In this document: piece after piece, positions 27,104 to 35,674 of the stretch
Position numbering within the stretch: position 1 is the first letter of the stretch
How the letters are laid out: the number at the start of each line of letters is the position of its first letter
Origin: Candidatus Dojkabacteria bacterium
Lineage (GTDB): Bacteria; Patescibacteriota; Dojkabacteria; SC72
DNA: 64,000 nt
Reading direction: 5' to 3'
NCBI GenBank assembly: GCA_034002865.1
Contig: JAVEZR010000001.1
Span: forward strand, 53,247-117,246
The notes under the pieces: generated by a model
What the model saw: only the letters and a program-made list of their open reading frames with translations
What the model was told of the DNA's origin: nothing
Databases searched by the model: none
Made by a program: the position numbers and the translations under genes

Positions 27104-27760
27104 TCAATCTAAAAAAGTAATTGACTCTATGATGTGCCAATATCCTAATTCTGCTAAACCTCTAAATCTTATATCTAGGATATTATCTTTATGTTCTACA
27201 ACATACCCGCTACTTAAGAATGCTACATTCCCAGGTATATACATGTAGGCATCCTTCCCTGATATTAATATCTCAGTGTAGTTTAAGGAGGCATTCATTA
27301 GAGGATCTTCATTCTCAATATCCTCTTGGAGAGTTTTAACATACTCTAAGGTTTTTGTACTATTTGTGCCTGGTACGATCCAAAGATATGCTTGTCTTTC
27401 TGTACCCTCTTTCTCATTCATTGCGTGAGCTATTATTGAATCATTATCACTTATCTCGACTTCCCAATCGGACGGATATTTAAAGGAAATTCCATATTTA
27501 GTATTTGTATATACTTGCCAATCTGCATATTCATCAATTTTGTTATCATCGGATGCAGTTTCCTCTTCCTCTACTGTTTGTACTTCCTTACCAAGTAATT
27601 CATCAATGTATTTTTGACCATCCAAAAACAGGTACGTAAGAGTAAGGCCCCCAATAATGAAAATTATTAGAAGAAGGACAAGAGCAAGAGAATTCTTCTT
27701 TGGAGATTTTTCCTCTATTACAGGTATCTCTTGTGGTGTGTTCATTCCTGCAGTATCCAT
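27104..27760 (-). CDS. Hypothetical membrane-anchored protein
   Basis: 218 aa with one N-terminal TM (LALVLLLIIFIIGGLTLTYLFL) and an acidic extracytoplasmic domain. Confidence 0.4.
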   Translation of the reverse strand: MDTAGMNTPQEIPVIEEKSPKKNSLALVLLLIIFIIGGLTLTYLFLDGQKYIDELLGKEVQTVEEEETASDDNKIDEYADWQVYTNTKYGISFKYPSDWEVEISDNDSIIAHAMNEKEGTERQAYLWIVPGTNSTKTLEYVKTLQEDIENEDPLMNASLNYTEILISGKDAYMYIPGNVAFLSSGYVVEHKDNILDIRFRGLAELGYWHIIESITFLD

Positions 27761-27783
27761 ATTAAGTATGTTCTTTAAATTAA

Positions 27784-28335
27784 CTATTGAATCTCTTTTA
27801 TGTTTAATTCGAAGTCTTCTTCAAATCTAACATCTGAAAAACTCTCTATGTAAAGATATATTACATATGTTTCTTTAGGTGCAAGAGTAATCTTTTGAGT
27901 TAGGGGATTACCATTAGATTCCTGTAATCTATATCTCTGTTCTCCTATTATTATCCCAATATCAGAGTTTGTACGTATGGATGTTCCTCCATATATTTCT
28001 AAATTAACACTCTCCTCCTTATTATTCACTATCTCTATTATAGGTTTAGAGTAGCTATCTGCTTCTCTTTTTACTAACTTAGTTTTATATGTATATATAT
28101 CTTCATTACTATCTATTCTTTCATTTAGAAAGATTAGATGAGATCCCCCTATGATATTAACTTTTAATCCTGAAGAGTTTGTTACTCCTAGAACATCCAA
28201 ATCTTTTAATTTTTTTGTAATTGGTTGTAGATTAACAACAGTTATAGCGGGGATGATGAAGAGTAGGGCTAGTAACCCTAATGCTATTGGTTCTAATACT
28301 AAGGCTAATGTTTTTTTAACTTTGTTCTCTTTCAT
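27784..28335 (-). CDS. Hypothetical membrane-anchored protein
   Basis: 183 aa with an N-terminal TM and a beta-rich remainder. Confidence 0.4.
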   Translation of the reverse strand: MKENKVKKTLALVLEPIALGLLALLFIIPAITVVNLQPITKKLKDLDVLGVTNSSGLKVNIIGGSHLIFLNERIDSNEDIYTYKTKLVKREADSYSKPIIEIVNNKEESVNLEIYGGTSIRTNSDIGIIIGEQRYRLQESNGNPLTQKITLAPKETYVIYLYIESFSDVRFEEDFELNIKEIQ

Positions 28336-28337
28336 AT

Positions 28338-28886
28338 TTAGTAGTATCTCTTATTATCAGGATATACATTATTACTTTCAATTTCAAATGTTTTTACAGC
28401 TCCTACTCCACAGAGGAATGCAAAGGAACCTGCAAGAATTCCAACCCATGTATATGTACTATCTTGTAGTACATTTATTACAACAATGGATGATGCTACC
28501 CAAAGGAATGCACACCAAATGAATATCTTAAGAAAGGTTGTATCATCTTTTGTAATCCACTGTAAGATATTAAACTTTGTTACCTTTACAATGGTCTTAG
28601 GATTACCAACGGTTGATTGAAATATTGCTGTTTTAAATATGAAATATGCAGTAGGTATTGCTAAGAAAAGGAACATTGAGAGATCAGAGAAAGAGTTTAC
28701 AAAAAGAGTAATCGCTTTATCTTCAAAATATATTTGTGTTGAAAATATACCATTAAGCTCATTACCAACTTCAATGGTAAGGCCATATATGGCACTTGTT
28801 AGGAATATTCCTAATACTTTTCCCGCAATCATTAGTATTGCAGGAAACAGAGAGTTTTTAAGCGCTCTTTTTAGCAGTTTTGACAT
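28338..28886 (-). CDS. Hypothetical polytopic membrane protein (~4 TM)
   Basis: 182 aa with four hydrophobic segments. It overlaps the end of rpsT by ~29 nt; the internal Met at MIAGKVLG could be the true start. Confidence 0.4.
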   Translation of the reverse strand: MSKLLKRALKNSLFPAILMIAGKVLGIFLTSAIYGLTIEVGNELNGIFSTQIYFEDKAITLFVNSFSDLSMFLFLAIPTAYFIFKTAIFQSTVGNPKTIVKVTKFNILQWITKDDTTFLKIFIWCAFLWVASSIVVINVLQDSTYTWVGILAGSFAFLCGVGAVKTFEIESNNVYPDNKRYY

Positions 28887-29154
28887 TATCTATGGACAGT
28901 TTGTTAAGTTGAATTGCAAGTCTAGACTTCTTACGACTTGCTGTACCCTTCTTTATAACATTTTTCTTAGCTGCCTTGTCAAGAACTTTATTAGTTTGTT
29001 TTAAAGATTTCTCTGCAGCCTCTTTCTCTCCTGTACTTACTAATTCTTGGAATCTCTTTACAGATTTCTTAACTCTTTTTCTTAATCTATCGTTGTGTAC
29101 AGTTCTTCTCTTTGTCTGTCTTAAGTCTTTTATTGATGTTTTTAGGTTTGGCAT
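28858..29154 (-). CDS. rpsT: 30S ribosomal protein S20
   Basis: 98-aa basic protein (MPNLKTSIKDLRQTKRRTVHNDRLRKRVKKSVKR...) typical of bS20. Confidence 0.85.
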   Translation of the reverse strand: MPNLKTSIKDLRQTKRRTVHNDRLRKRVKKSVKRFQELVSTGEKEAAEKSLKQTNKVLDKAAKKNVIKKGTASRKKSRLAIQLNKLSIDNVKTAKKSA

Positions 29155-29252
29155 TAGAAAAAAATATATTTAAAATGATTCAATATTGCGTTGTATTATA
29201 TCTGTTAGGGCTATGTTTGTAAACAAAATATTAAATTGATACACTAGATTAT

Positions 29253-29666
29253 ATGCATAGTATCGATACAAAGAAAGTTATTGGTTTTTCTCTTCTCATT
29301 GTAATACCTTTTTTGACGATTTTTTCTACACTGTATCTCCTTTTAAAAGAGGATGAAGTTAAAGGTATTCAGGTAGAGAGGGTGATGTCTGTGCAGGAAC
29401 CATATATTACAAATTTAATGCCAAAGATTGTTAATGTAAATGAAGAGTATATTTTTGTTCCAAGGGTTGTAGCTACTGACTTTAGTAATGTTACTATTAC
29501 TGTCCAAGAGGGGCCTGAGTGGTTATGGGTAGATGGAGAGGGGATTGTAAGGGGTTATCCTCTTATAGAGGATATTGGTACATACAAGGTAGTTCTTAAG
29601 GTAGAAGATGAAGTAGGTAGCTCTACAATAACGGAATATGTTATCGTAGTAGATGATGAAGAATAG
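29253..29666 (+). CDS. Hypothetical small anchored or secreted protein
   Basis: 137 aa with an N-terminal TM or signal peptide and an acidic C-terminus. Confidence 0.35.
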   Translation: MHSIDTKKVIGFSLLIVIPFLTIFSTLYLLLKEDEVKGIQVERVMSVQEPYITNLMPKIVNVNEEYIFVPRVVATDFSNVTITVQEGPEWLWVDGEGIVRGYPLIEDIGTYKVVLKVEDEVGSSTITEYVIVVDDEE

Positions 29667-30051
29667 AGGATTGTTTTTAATAACCGTAGTTACTGTACTC
29701 TCCCTTGTAGTAGGGCTATTTGTATTTAGAGTTTCAGGCTCTAGTAGCTCTCTTTCTATAGAGGGTTGTGATCCTTACAATGTAAAGATAGAGAAGGGGG
29801 AGAAAGAGAACTCTGTGGTAATATCTTGGAAGAGTAAGGCAGAGTGCTCTGCATATGTTATATATGGTGGTGAGATGAAAGATTTGCATTTAATAGGGAT
29901 TGATTTAGAGAATGAGATAAAGGATAGGGATCATAGGGTAGTTTTAAACTCCCTTATTTCTTCTAAGATATACTTCTTCTCTATAGTTTCGGATAGTACT
30001 ACCTATGGTAAAGATGGTTTACCAATATCATTCTCTATTTCTTCTCTCTAA
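29653..30051 (+). CDS. Small secreted protein with an FN3/purple-acid-phosphatase-N-like beta-sandwich domain
   Basis: 132 aa with a signal peptide. The domain VVISWKSKAECSAYVIYGG...HRVVLNSLISSKIYFFSIVSDSTTYGKDG is paralogous to the repeated domains in the 50505-52127 product. Confidence 0.4.
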   Translation: MMKNRGLFLITVVTVLSLVVGLFVFRVSGSSSSLSIEGCDPYNVKIEKGEKENSVVISWKSKAECSAYVIYGGEMKDLHLIGIDLENEIKDRDHRVVLNSLISSKIYFFSIVSDSTTYGKDGLPISFSISSL

Positions 30052-31771
30052 CAATTTTCTCTTCAAAATATTTCTTTGGATTAGTATATTTATACTTAGT
30101 CATCTCTGCATCTTTATATATATCTGAGTTAAGGATAATTTGAGATAGTTTTACCCCTTCAGGTCTTGTATATACAGCCCATGCTGTTGCGAAGAGTACT
30201 ATTCCTATTGCCAATCTTACAAAGAGGTTGTCTAATATTCCAGTAGATGGTGTAGTTACAGGTACTGTTGGATTATCACAGTCTTGAGCAACAACTATTG
30301 AAGCTTGAGATCTTAATGTTGAAGGATCAGATGGTATCTGTACAGGATTTACAATTACTTCATTTAGGTTTTCTCCAGTAAGTGCATTACTATCTGCTTT
30401 TGCTCTGAATACAATAGTTAGCTGTCCACTAGCAACTACACTCCAAGGAGATGATTGCTGCCATACTATCTCTTGTGTAGACCCTATATTTGATACAGTA
30501 GTTAAGGAACCATCTGTAGCCGCAGTTCCATTTACAACTGTACTTTCTACTACATATGTGAATCCAAGAGGTAGTTTGTCTTTTATAGAGGTTATTTCTT
30601 GAGTTATATCACTGTTGTTCTTAATAGAGATAGTGAATGTTGCAACATTATTACTCTCAACTCTCTCTATACATGATGGAGATGCTATCTTAGATGTGGA
30701 AAAGTTAGAGTGACTCTCTTCTTCCTCTTCTTCCTCATCTGTTTCCTCTACCACTGGTACTTCCTGGGAAAGAAATTCTACCTCAGTACTTACTACTCCA
30801 ATACTTGTATCATCTACAAATACCTCTGCTGTAATAGGTAGGGGGCCTTCATGATTGTCTAGGATAGCGAATGATTGATCACCTACGAAGTTAGTTGCAT
30901 CGTACAGGTTAGCTTTTGTAATTGTGACTGTACCTTTAGCACTTTCAATGTTTAGCCCTCCCTCTGTTGTTAATGTTTGGAACTTTGTTCCAAATGAGAA
31001 ACTTACTTTTACATTCTCACTACTTAACTGCCCAACAGAGATTGTAATTTGAGAGATCTTTGTTCTACCATCACTCTGTCTTTCAGTAGTTGCAGTAAGA
31101 GCATTCGCACCTGTACTACCGCTCACATTAATATCTATAACTCTTCGACATATTATCGAATTAATGGAATCCCCTTTACTATCTGTTGCAGTAGCTAGAA
31201 TATCAAGAGAGTTTACATCTTTGAAGTCAGTAACCTTTTTGTATATCTTTTTACCCTCTATTTTGTCCGGTGTATTAGATTGTGTATTTATTTTAAAGGT
31301 GTAGTTACTGTAATTCTCATTATCAAAAGTTGCCTCTATGTTAACTTCATCTTCGGGATTAATCTTACCTGTAATTAACTTTCCATCCTGATCTGTAAGT
31401 ATCATTTCCTGACATCTAGCGTCAGAAATACTTCGTATGTTACAACTTTTAAACCTATCTGTTGCAGTACTACTTTTGATTACATATTCGGAGAGTAGTT
31501 GTGTATCACAGGCTATACTACATGCTTGGTCCGAGGGTACACTCTTTGAGCTAAAAAGAAATGCTTTCTTAGGATCTCCACAATCATTAACAACTGCAGG
31601 GTCTATCATGTAACAACCACAGGTAATCTGATTTCCTTTTTGCTCCTCCTGTACGGTATCTGCAATTGCGTAAAAATATATTACTGCGCCTATTAAAGCA
31701 ACTATTAATATACCACCGACAATGAGTAAGACTCTTAAAGCTCTTTTTGTATTTCTACTCTGTGTCCTCAT
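30035..31771 (-). CDS. Large surface protein: N-terminal TM, Cys-rich domain, Ig-like repeats, poly-Glu linker, C-terminal TM
   Basis: 578 aa. N-terminal helix LRVLLIVGGILIVALIGAVIYFYAI. Multiple Cys in the first 120 aa. An EETDEEEEEEES linker. C-terminal hydrophobic segment LFVRLAIGIVLFATAWAVY. Confidence 0.5.
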   Translation of the reverse strand: MRTQSRNTKRALRVLLIVGGILIVALIGAVIYFYAIADTVQEEQKGNQITCGCYMIDPAVVNDCGDPKKAFLFSSKSVPSDQACSIACDTQLLSEYVIKSSTATDRFKSCNIRSISDARCQEMILTDQDGKLITGKINPEDEVNIEATFDNENYSNYTFKINTQSNTPDKIEGKKIYKKVTDFKDVNSLDILATATDSKGDSINSIICRRVIDINVSGSTGANALTATTERQSDGRTKISQITISVGQLSSENVKVSFSFGTKFQTLTTEGGLNIESAKGTVTITKANLYDATNFVGDQSFAILDNHEGPLPITAEVFVDDTSIGVVSTEVEFLSQEVPVVEETDEEEEEEESHSNFSTSKIASPSCIERVESNNVATFTISIKNNSDITQEITSIKDKLPLGFTYVVESTVVNGTAATDGSLTTVSNIGSTQEIVWQQSSPWSVVASGQLTIVFRAKADSNALTGENLNEVIVNPVQIPSDPSTLRSQASIVVAQDCDNPTVPVTTPSTGILDNLFVRLAIGIVLFATAWAVYTRPEGVKLSQIILNSDIYKDAEMTKYKYTNPKKYFEEKIVREKK

Positions 31772-31853
31772 GTAAAGGCAGTGTTTCGTATATTAATGGT
31801 TATCCCTACAATAGAGTTTATGAAAATACCTATGGTAATGTCAATGAATATGT

Positions 31854-32780
31854 TTACAATATAGTGCAAAGGAGAGTAAGTCCTAGCTTTGGCTCTATCC
31901 TTCCTACCTTTATTTCATAATCTAAACTACTTAACTTCTCATATATCTTACTTATCCTTTCTTTTGTATATCTATTACTTGCACTTACTAATGGACTTAA
32001 TGTAAATGGGGGTATTTTTAGTATTGAGGGCATTTCTGTATATTGGGTATTTTTTTCTACTAGATGTTTTGTCATTGTAAGCAGTCTGATATTTCTAAGT
32101 ATCATAGCTATTATGTAGTGGGGATCTGTGGAATTTCTGAGAAGATTCTCTAATATTAGTAGAGGCTTACCACTCTCACTATTTATCTCATCTAGTAATT
32201 TCCAGATGTCTTCTTCCAATGTATCAGGGGAGAACTCTCTTATATCCTCCTCTGTTATATTATCCTTCTCTATTAGCTTTAACTTCTTTAAATTGTTCTC
32301 AAATCGTTGAGAATCATAGTTAGAGTATGTAGCGAGAAGATTAATAGCGTTACTGTTAATGCTAATATCCATTTTCTGTGTGATTTCTTTCGCCCATGTA
32401 AGAAAAGATCTTTTGTTGAACTTTGTATACTCTTCTAGTTGCTTATTTGATTTAAAGAATTTTACATACCTTGTTACTGCACTTACCTTTTGGTCTTCCC
32501 ATATTACAATTTGATCTGTTGTATTGTTGGGTAGATATTCTAAAAGGAAATTTACTATGGATTCTCTCTCTTTATTTCTATATACCCTTTTAAGAAATAT
32601 TAAACGAGAGGTACTAAAGAGGGAGGGAGAGGAGAGTAGGTCCACAAGGTCACTTGCTTTTACTTTCTCTACATCCAAGGTTATGTACTCGTTATCACTA
32701 TTCTCTCGAAGGAGTGTAACAAATTTCTTTGCTTGAGAGAGGGATATGTATGTTTCGTTACCTATGTATAGTTTGTACAT
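31854..32780 (-). CDS. holA: DNA polymerase III delta subunit (HolA)
   Basis: 308 aa with a HolA-like pattern (MYKLYIGNETY..., SLFSTSRLIFLK, LLATYSNYDSQRFENNLKKLKL). Confidence 0.6.
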   Translation of the reverse strand: MYKLYIGNETYISLSQAKKFVTLLRENSDNEYITLDVEKVKASDLVDLLSSPSLFSTSRLIFLKRVYRNKERESIVNFLLEYLPNNTTDQIVIWEDQKVSAVTRYVKFFKSNKQLEEYTKFNKRSFLTWAKEITQKMDISINSNAINLLATYSNYDSQRFENNLKKLKLIEKDNITEEDIREFSPDTLEEDIWKLLDEINSESGKPLLILENLLRNSTDPHYIIAMILRNIRLLTMTKHLVEKNTQYTEMPSILKIPPFTLSPLVSASNRYTKERISKIYEKLSSLDYEIKVGRIEPKLGLTLLCTIL

Positions 32781-32783
32781 ATT

Positions 32784-34220
32784 CTATTGTGAAGTAGAAA
32801 TATCTGAGTTTGTCTCGGAGATTTCTTTACCAAACAGAATTGAGATATCTTCTCCTCTTAGTTTGGTTGTTATATATTCTGGCTTAGTAGTGCCTGTAGG
32901 TTTAAAGTATTTAGAGAGTTGATTTACAGAATATTCAAATGAGTCCTCCTTATTACTAAATATGTAGACTCCTTCCTTATCACTGTAAAGGTTCCCTATG
33001 AATTTTATATCAAGATATTTAAAATCTTTTCTTAATGACTGAGTTTCGTTATATGTATTTTGATATCCCAAACCAGTATTGTAAGTGTATATAGAGGGGT
33101 CTTCAGAGTAGAGCTGTGGATTCTTTAATATTAAGTCTACATACTCTTTTATATTATCGTATTTACCTAATCCTTCTATTGGACCTATTGCATATGCTCC
33201 TGTATTTACTACATTTTGGCTAGTAATCAGAGATGAGTTGCCTGCGGATGGATCTAGGACAAAGGAGTATGTATTTCCTTTCTTCTCATCAAACTCTTTG
33301 AGCAAATTCACTCCAGCCTCTATATCATCTAAGGTAAATTCAGAGATTTTTATATTATTTTGTATAGCGCTCATTAAATCCATTATCTTTTTAGGATTGA
33401 GTAATGTTTCAGAGCTTAATACTAAGTCTTTAAATGCAATTATTACCTTCTGCTGTCTTCTTGCTCTTGCGAAATCAGTCCCCTCATTGTTATGCATAGA
33501 GTGTCTTGATCTTGAATATTTCAATGCGGTAGTACCGTCCATTAACTGTGGTCCTGATTTAAAGCTAATGGTTTCATATCTGGAGCCTTTTGGATACATG
33601 TAATCAGTAAAACTGTTCTCTACATTAACATATACACCTCCTACAGCATCTATCAGCTGTACAAAGCCATTGAAATCGATCATTGCATGGTACTGTATTT
33701 CCATTCCAGTCATTTGTTCAACGATATCTCTTAGTGCAAGTAATCCGGAGTCTTTCTTTTTCTGTTCATTTACAGCGTATGCAGAGTTTATCTTATTAAA
33801 CCAATACTTATCTCTATTTACTTGTACATGGAAATCTCTTGGAATGGATACCATTACAATGTCTTTTGTATCATGATTAAAGGATGCAACTATTATGGTG
33901 TCTGTATTCATTAAATTTCCTTTCTCTCTTGTATCTACACCAATTAACAGAACATTTGTATATTTGCCTGTACTATCTTTCTTAAGCTCTGGCTTTGCTT
34001 CTGGTTTTAGTATGTTTGTTGGTGTAAATTGGAAACCTATATCTGAAGATACTTTATACCCTTTGTAGAGAAGATATATTCCAGAAGTAATACCACCGAT
34101 GAGAAAAATGGCAAGTACAACCAGTAACCATGGAGTTTTTTTCTTTGTTCTTACACCATTGTATCTTGGAATCTTGGTCTTTGCCAACTCTTTGTCACTC
34201 ATGTTTATGGATACTTCCAT
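32784..34220 (-). CDS. LCP-family (LytR-CpsA-Psr) cell-wall polymer transferase
   Basis: N-terminal TM, then NVLLIGVDTREKG...TDTIIVASFNHDTKDIVMVSIPRDFHVQV, the LCP core. 478 aa. Confidence 0.8.
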   Translation of the reverse strand: MEVSINMSDKELAKTKIPRYNGVRTKKKTPWLLVVLAIFLIGGITSGIYLLYKGYKVSSDIGFQFTPTNILKPEAKPELKKDSTGKYTNVLLIGVDTREKGNLMNTDTIIVASFNHDTKDIVMVSIPRDFHVQVNRDKYWFNKINSAYAVNEQKKKDSGLLALRDIVEQMTGMEIQYHAMIDFNGFVQLIDAVGGVYVNVENSFTDYMYPKGSRYETISFKSGPQLMDGTTALKYSRSRHSMHNNEGTDFARARRQQKVIIAFKDLVLSSETLLNPKKIMDLMSAIQNNIKISEFTLDDIEAGVNLLKEFDEKKGNTYSFVLDPSAGNSSLITSQNVVNTGAYAIGPIEGLGKYDNIKEYVDLILKNPQLYSEDPSIYTYNTGLGYQNTYNETQSLRKDFKYLDIKFIGNLYSDKEGVYIFSNKEDSFEYSVNQLSKYFKPTGTTKPEYITTKLRGEDISILFGKEISETNSDISTSQ

Positions 34221-34237
34221 CGGCAGTTTAGAGTAAT

Positions 34238-35236
34238 TTATCTAAGATATTTCTGAACATTCTGGTTATGTTCTGTTAAAGTCTCAGCGTAATGTGGATT
34301 CCCACTTGCATCATGTATGTAGTAGTAATATTGGTTAGGTTTTGGATTTCTTACAGCATTTATAGCAGCTAAGCCTGGATTACATATTGGGGTAGGGGGA
34401 TATCCCTGTCTCTTGTAAGTATTGTAAGGGTTATCATCCTGCTTGTCTGCTACAGTAATGGGTGACTTCCAATCCTTTTTAGGGTACAGAAGTGTAGCAT
34501 CTATTTGGAGTAACCACCCCTCTTTGTTTCTTCTTTGTATTATATCTGCAATCATTGGCCTATCTTCAGATGTATATCCTTCTCTTTCAACCATACTTGC
34601 AACAATTATATCTTCATATGTATCTGTAAAACCAACCCTGTTCTTAAAGTTTGTAAGAAGTATACCTAGTATACTTTGAGTATCAGTATTTACAGAGAAA
34701 GAGTATTTATCTGGGAAGAGGAAGCCTTCTAAATCTGTAAGTGGGTATGGTATTGCTAAGCTTTGGATATATTGTGGGTCTTCTGTTAATCTAAGGAACT
34801 CTTCTTTAGAGAAATTCGTACCATCTATCTTCTCATACTCAGATGCAATTATATTCGCAATCTCATCTTTTCTTAAACCCTCTGGTATTGTAATCCATAC
34901 TCCTTGCTCTTTAGATGATTGTATCATCTGTGCAATCTCCTTTATATTTAAATTCTTTGGAATATCATACACACCGGCTTGTATCTTAGGTGCTAGTTTG
35001 TTGAGTTTGATATATATTTCAAAGTAGGTAGCCCACTTTTCTTTAAGTACCCCTGCAGTAATCAGGTCATCTATTATTGATTCTAGAGGTTCACCTTTCT
35101 CAATTTCAAGTACAACCTTCTCACTACTGTCACTATTAGGTGTCTCAAGTGTAGAGTAGTAGGATTTTTTGATAAAGAAGGCTCCTATTACAACGGTAAG
35201 TAGGGCTAGTAAGAAAATTTTAATTATGGTCTTCAT
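34238..35236 (-). CDS. mltG: Endolytic murein transglycosylase MltG (YceG family)
   Basis: N-terminal TM. YceG-like C-terminal motifs (ASMVEREG, YNTYKRQGYPPTPICNPGLAAINAV, YYYIHDASGNPHYAETLTEH). The alaS-ruvX-mltG synteny is conserved. Confidence 0.85.
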   Translation of the reverse strand: MKTIIKIFLLALLTVVIGAFFIKKSYYSTLETPNSDSSEKVVLEIEKGEPLESIIDDLITAGVLKEKWATYFEIYIKLNKLAPKIQAGVYDIPKNLNIKEIAQMIQSSKEQGVWITIPEGLRKDEIANIIASEYEKIDGTNFSKEEFLRLTEDPQYIQSLAIPYPLTDLEGFLFPDKYSFSVNTDTQSILGILLTNFKNRVGFTDTYEDIIVASMVEREGYTSEDRPMIADIIQRRNKEGWLLQIDATLLYPKKDWKSPITVADKQDDNPYNTYKRQGYPPTPICNPGLAAINAVRNPKPNQYYYYIHDASGNPHYAETLTEHNQNVQKYLR

Positions 35237-35672
35237 TCTTATTAGATTCTGAGTTTAAAAATTCTTGAAGAAACACAGTCGCAGCTATCTTATCTATCTT
35301 ATGTCTTGATGACTTAGTATTCTGTCCTAGGGATAGTAACATATTTTGAGCTTCAGTTGTAGAATAGCTTTCATCTTGATATATGATAGGGAGATTGGTC
35401 AATTGAGAGAGCTTTTCTTTAAATGATTCTATTACCTTTGTAGTTTTAAGATGCTTACTATCAAAGATTTGAGGATTTCCTAAAAGTATAGTTTTTATTC
35501 TATACTCCTCTATTATCCTAAGAATATCTTGAATTAGAGTATCCATACTTCTTCTCTTTGTTACTTCGAGTACCTCTAGTGGAGAAGCTATGACTCCCTT
35601 ACTGTCAGAGAGTGCTAATCCAATTCTTTTGTTGCCATAGTCTATGGCTAATATTGGTTTTTGGGTTTGCAT
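35220..35672 (-). CDS. ruvX: Putative pre-16S rRNA nuclease / Holliday junction resolvase-like RuvX (YqgF)
   Basis: ILAIDYGNKRIGLALSD N-terminal motif; 150 aa. Confidence 0.85.
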   Translation of the reverse strand: MQTQKPILAIDYGNKRIGLALSDSKGVIASPLEVLEVTKRRSMDTLIQDILRIIEEYRIKTILLGNPQIFDSKHLKTTKVIESFKEKLSQLTNLPIIYQDESYSTTEAQNMLLSLGQNTKSSRHKIDKIAATVFLQEFLNSESNKNEDHN

Positions 35673-35674
35673 AT

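Noticed and set aside
30700-30760. GAA/GAG-rich simple repeat at nucleotide level, a possible repeat or CRISPR-like element
   Set aside because: It encodes the poly-Glu linker of the 578-aa surface protein. There is no spacer-repeat periodicity and no cas genes, so it is a coding low-complexity tract.
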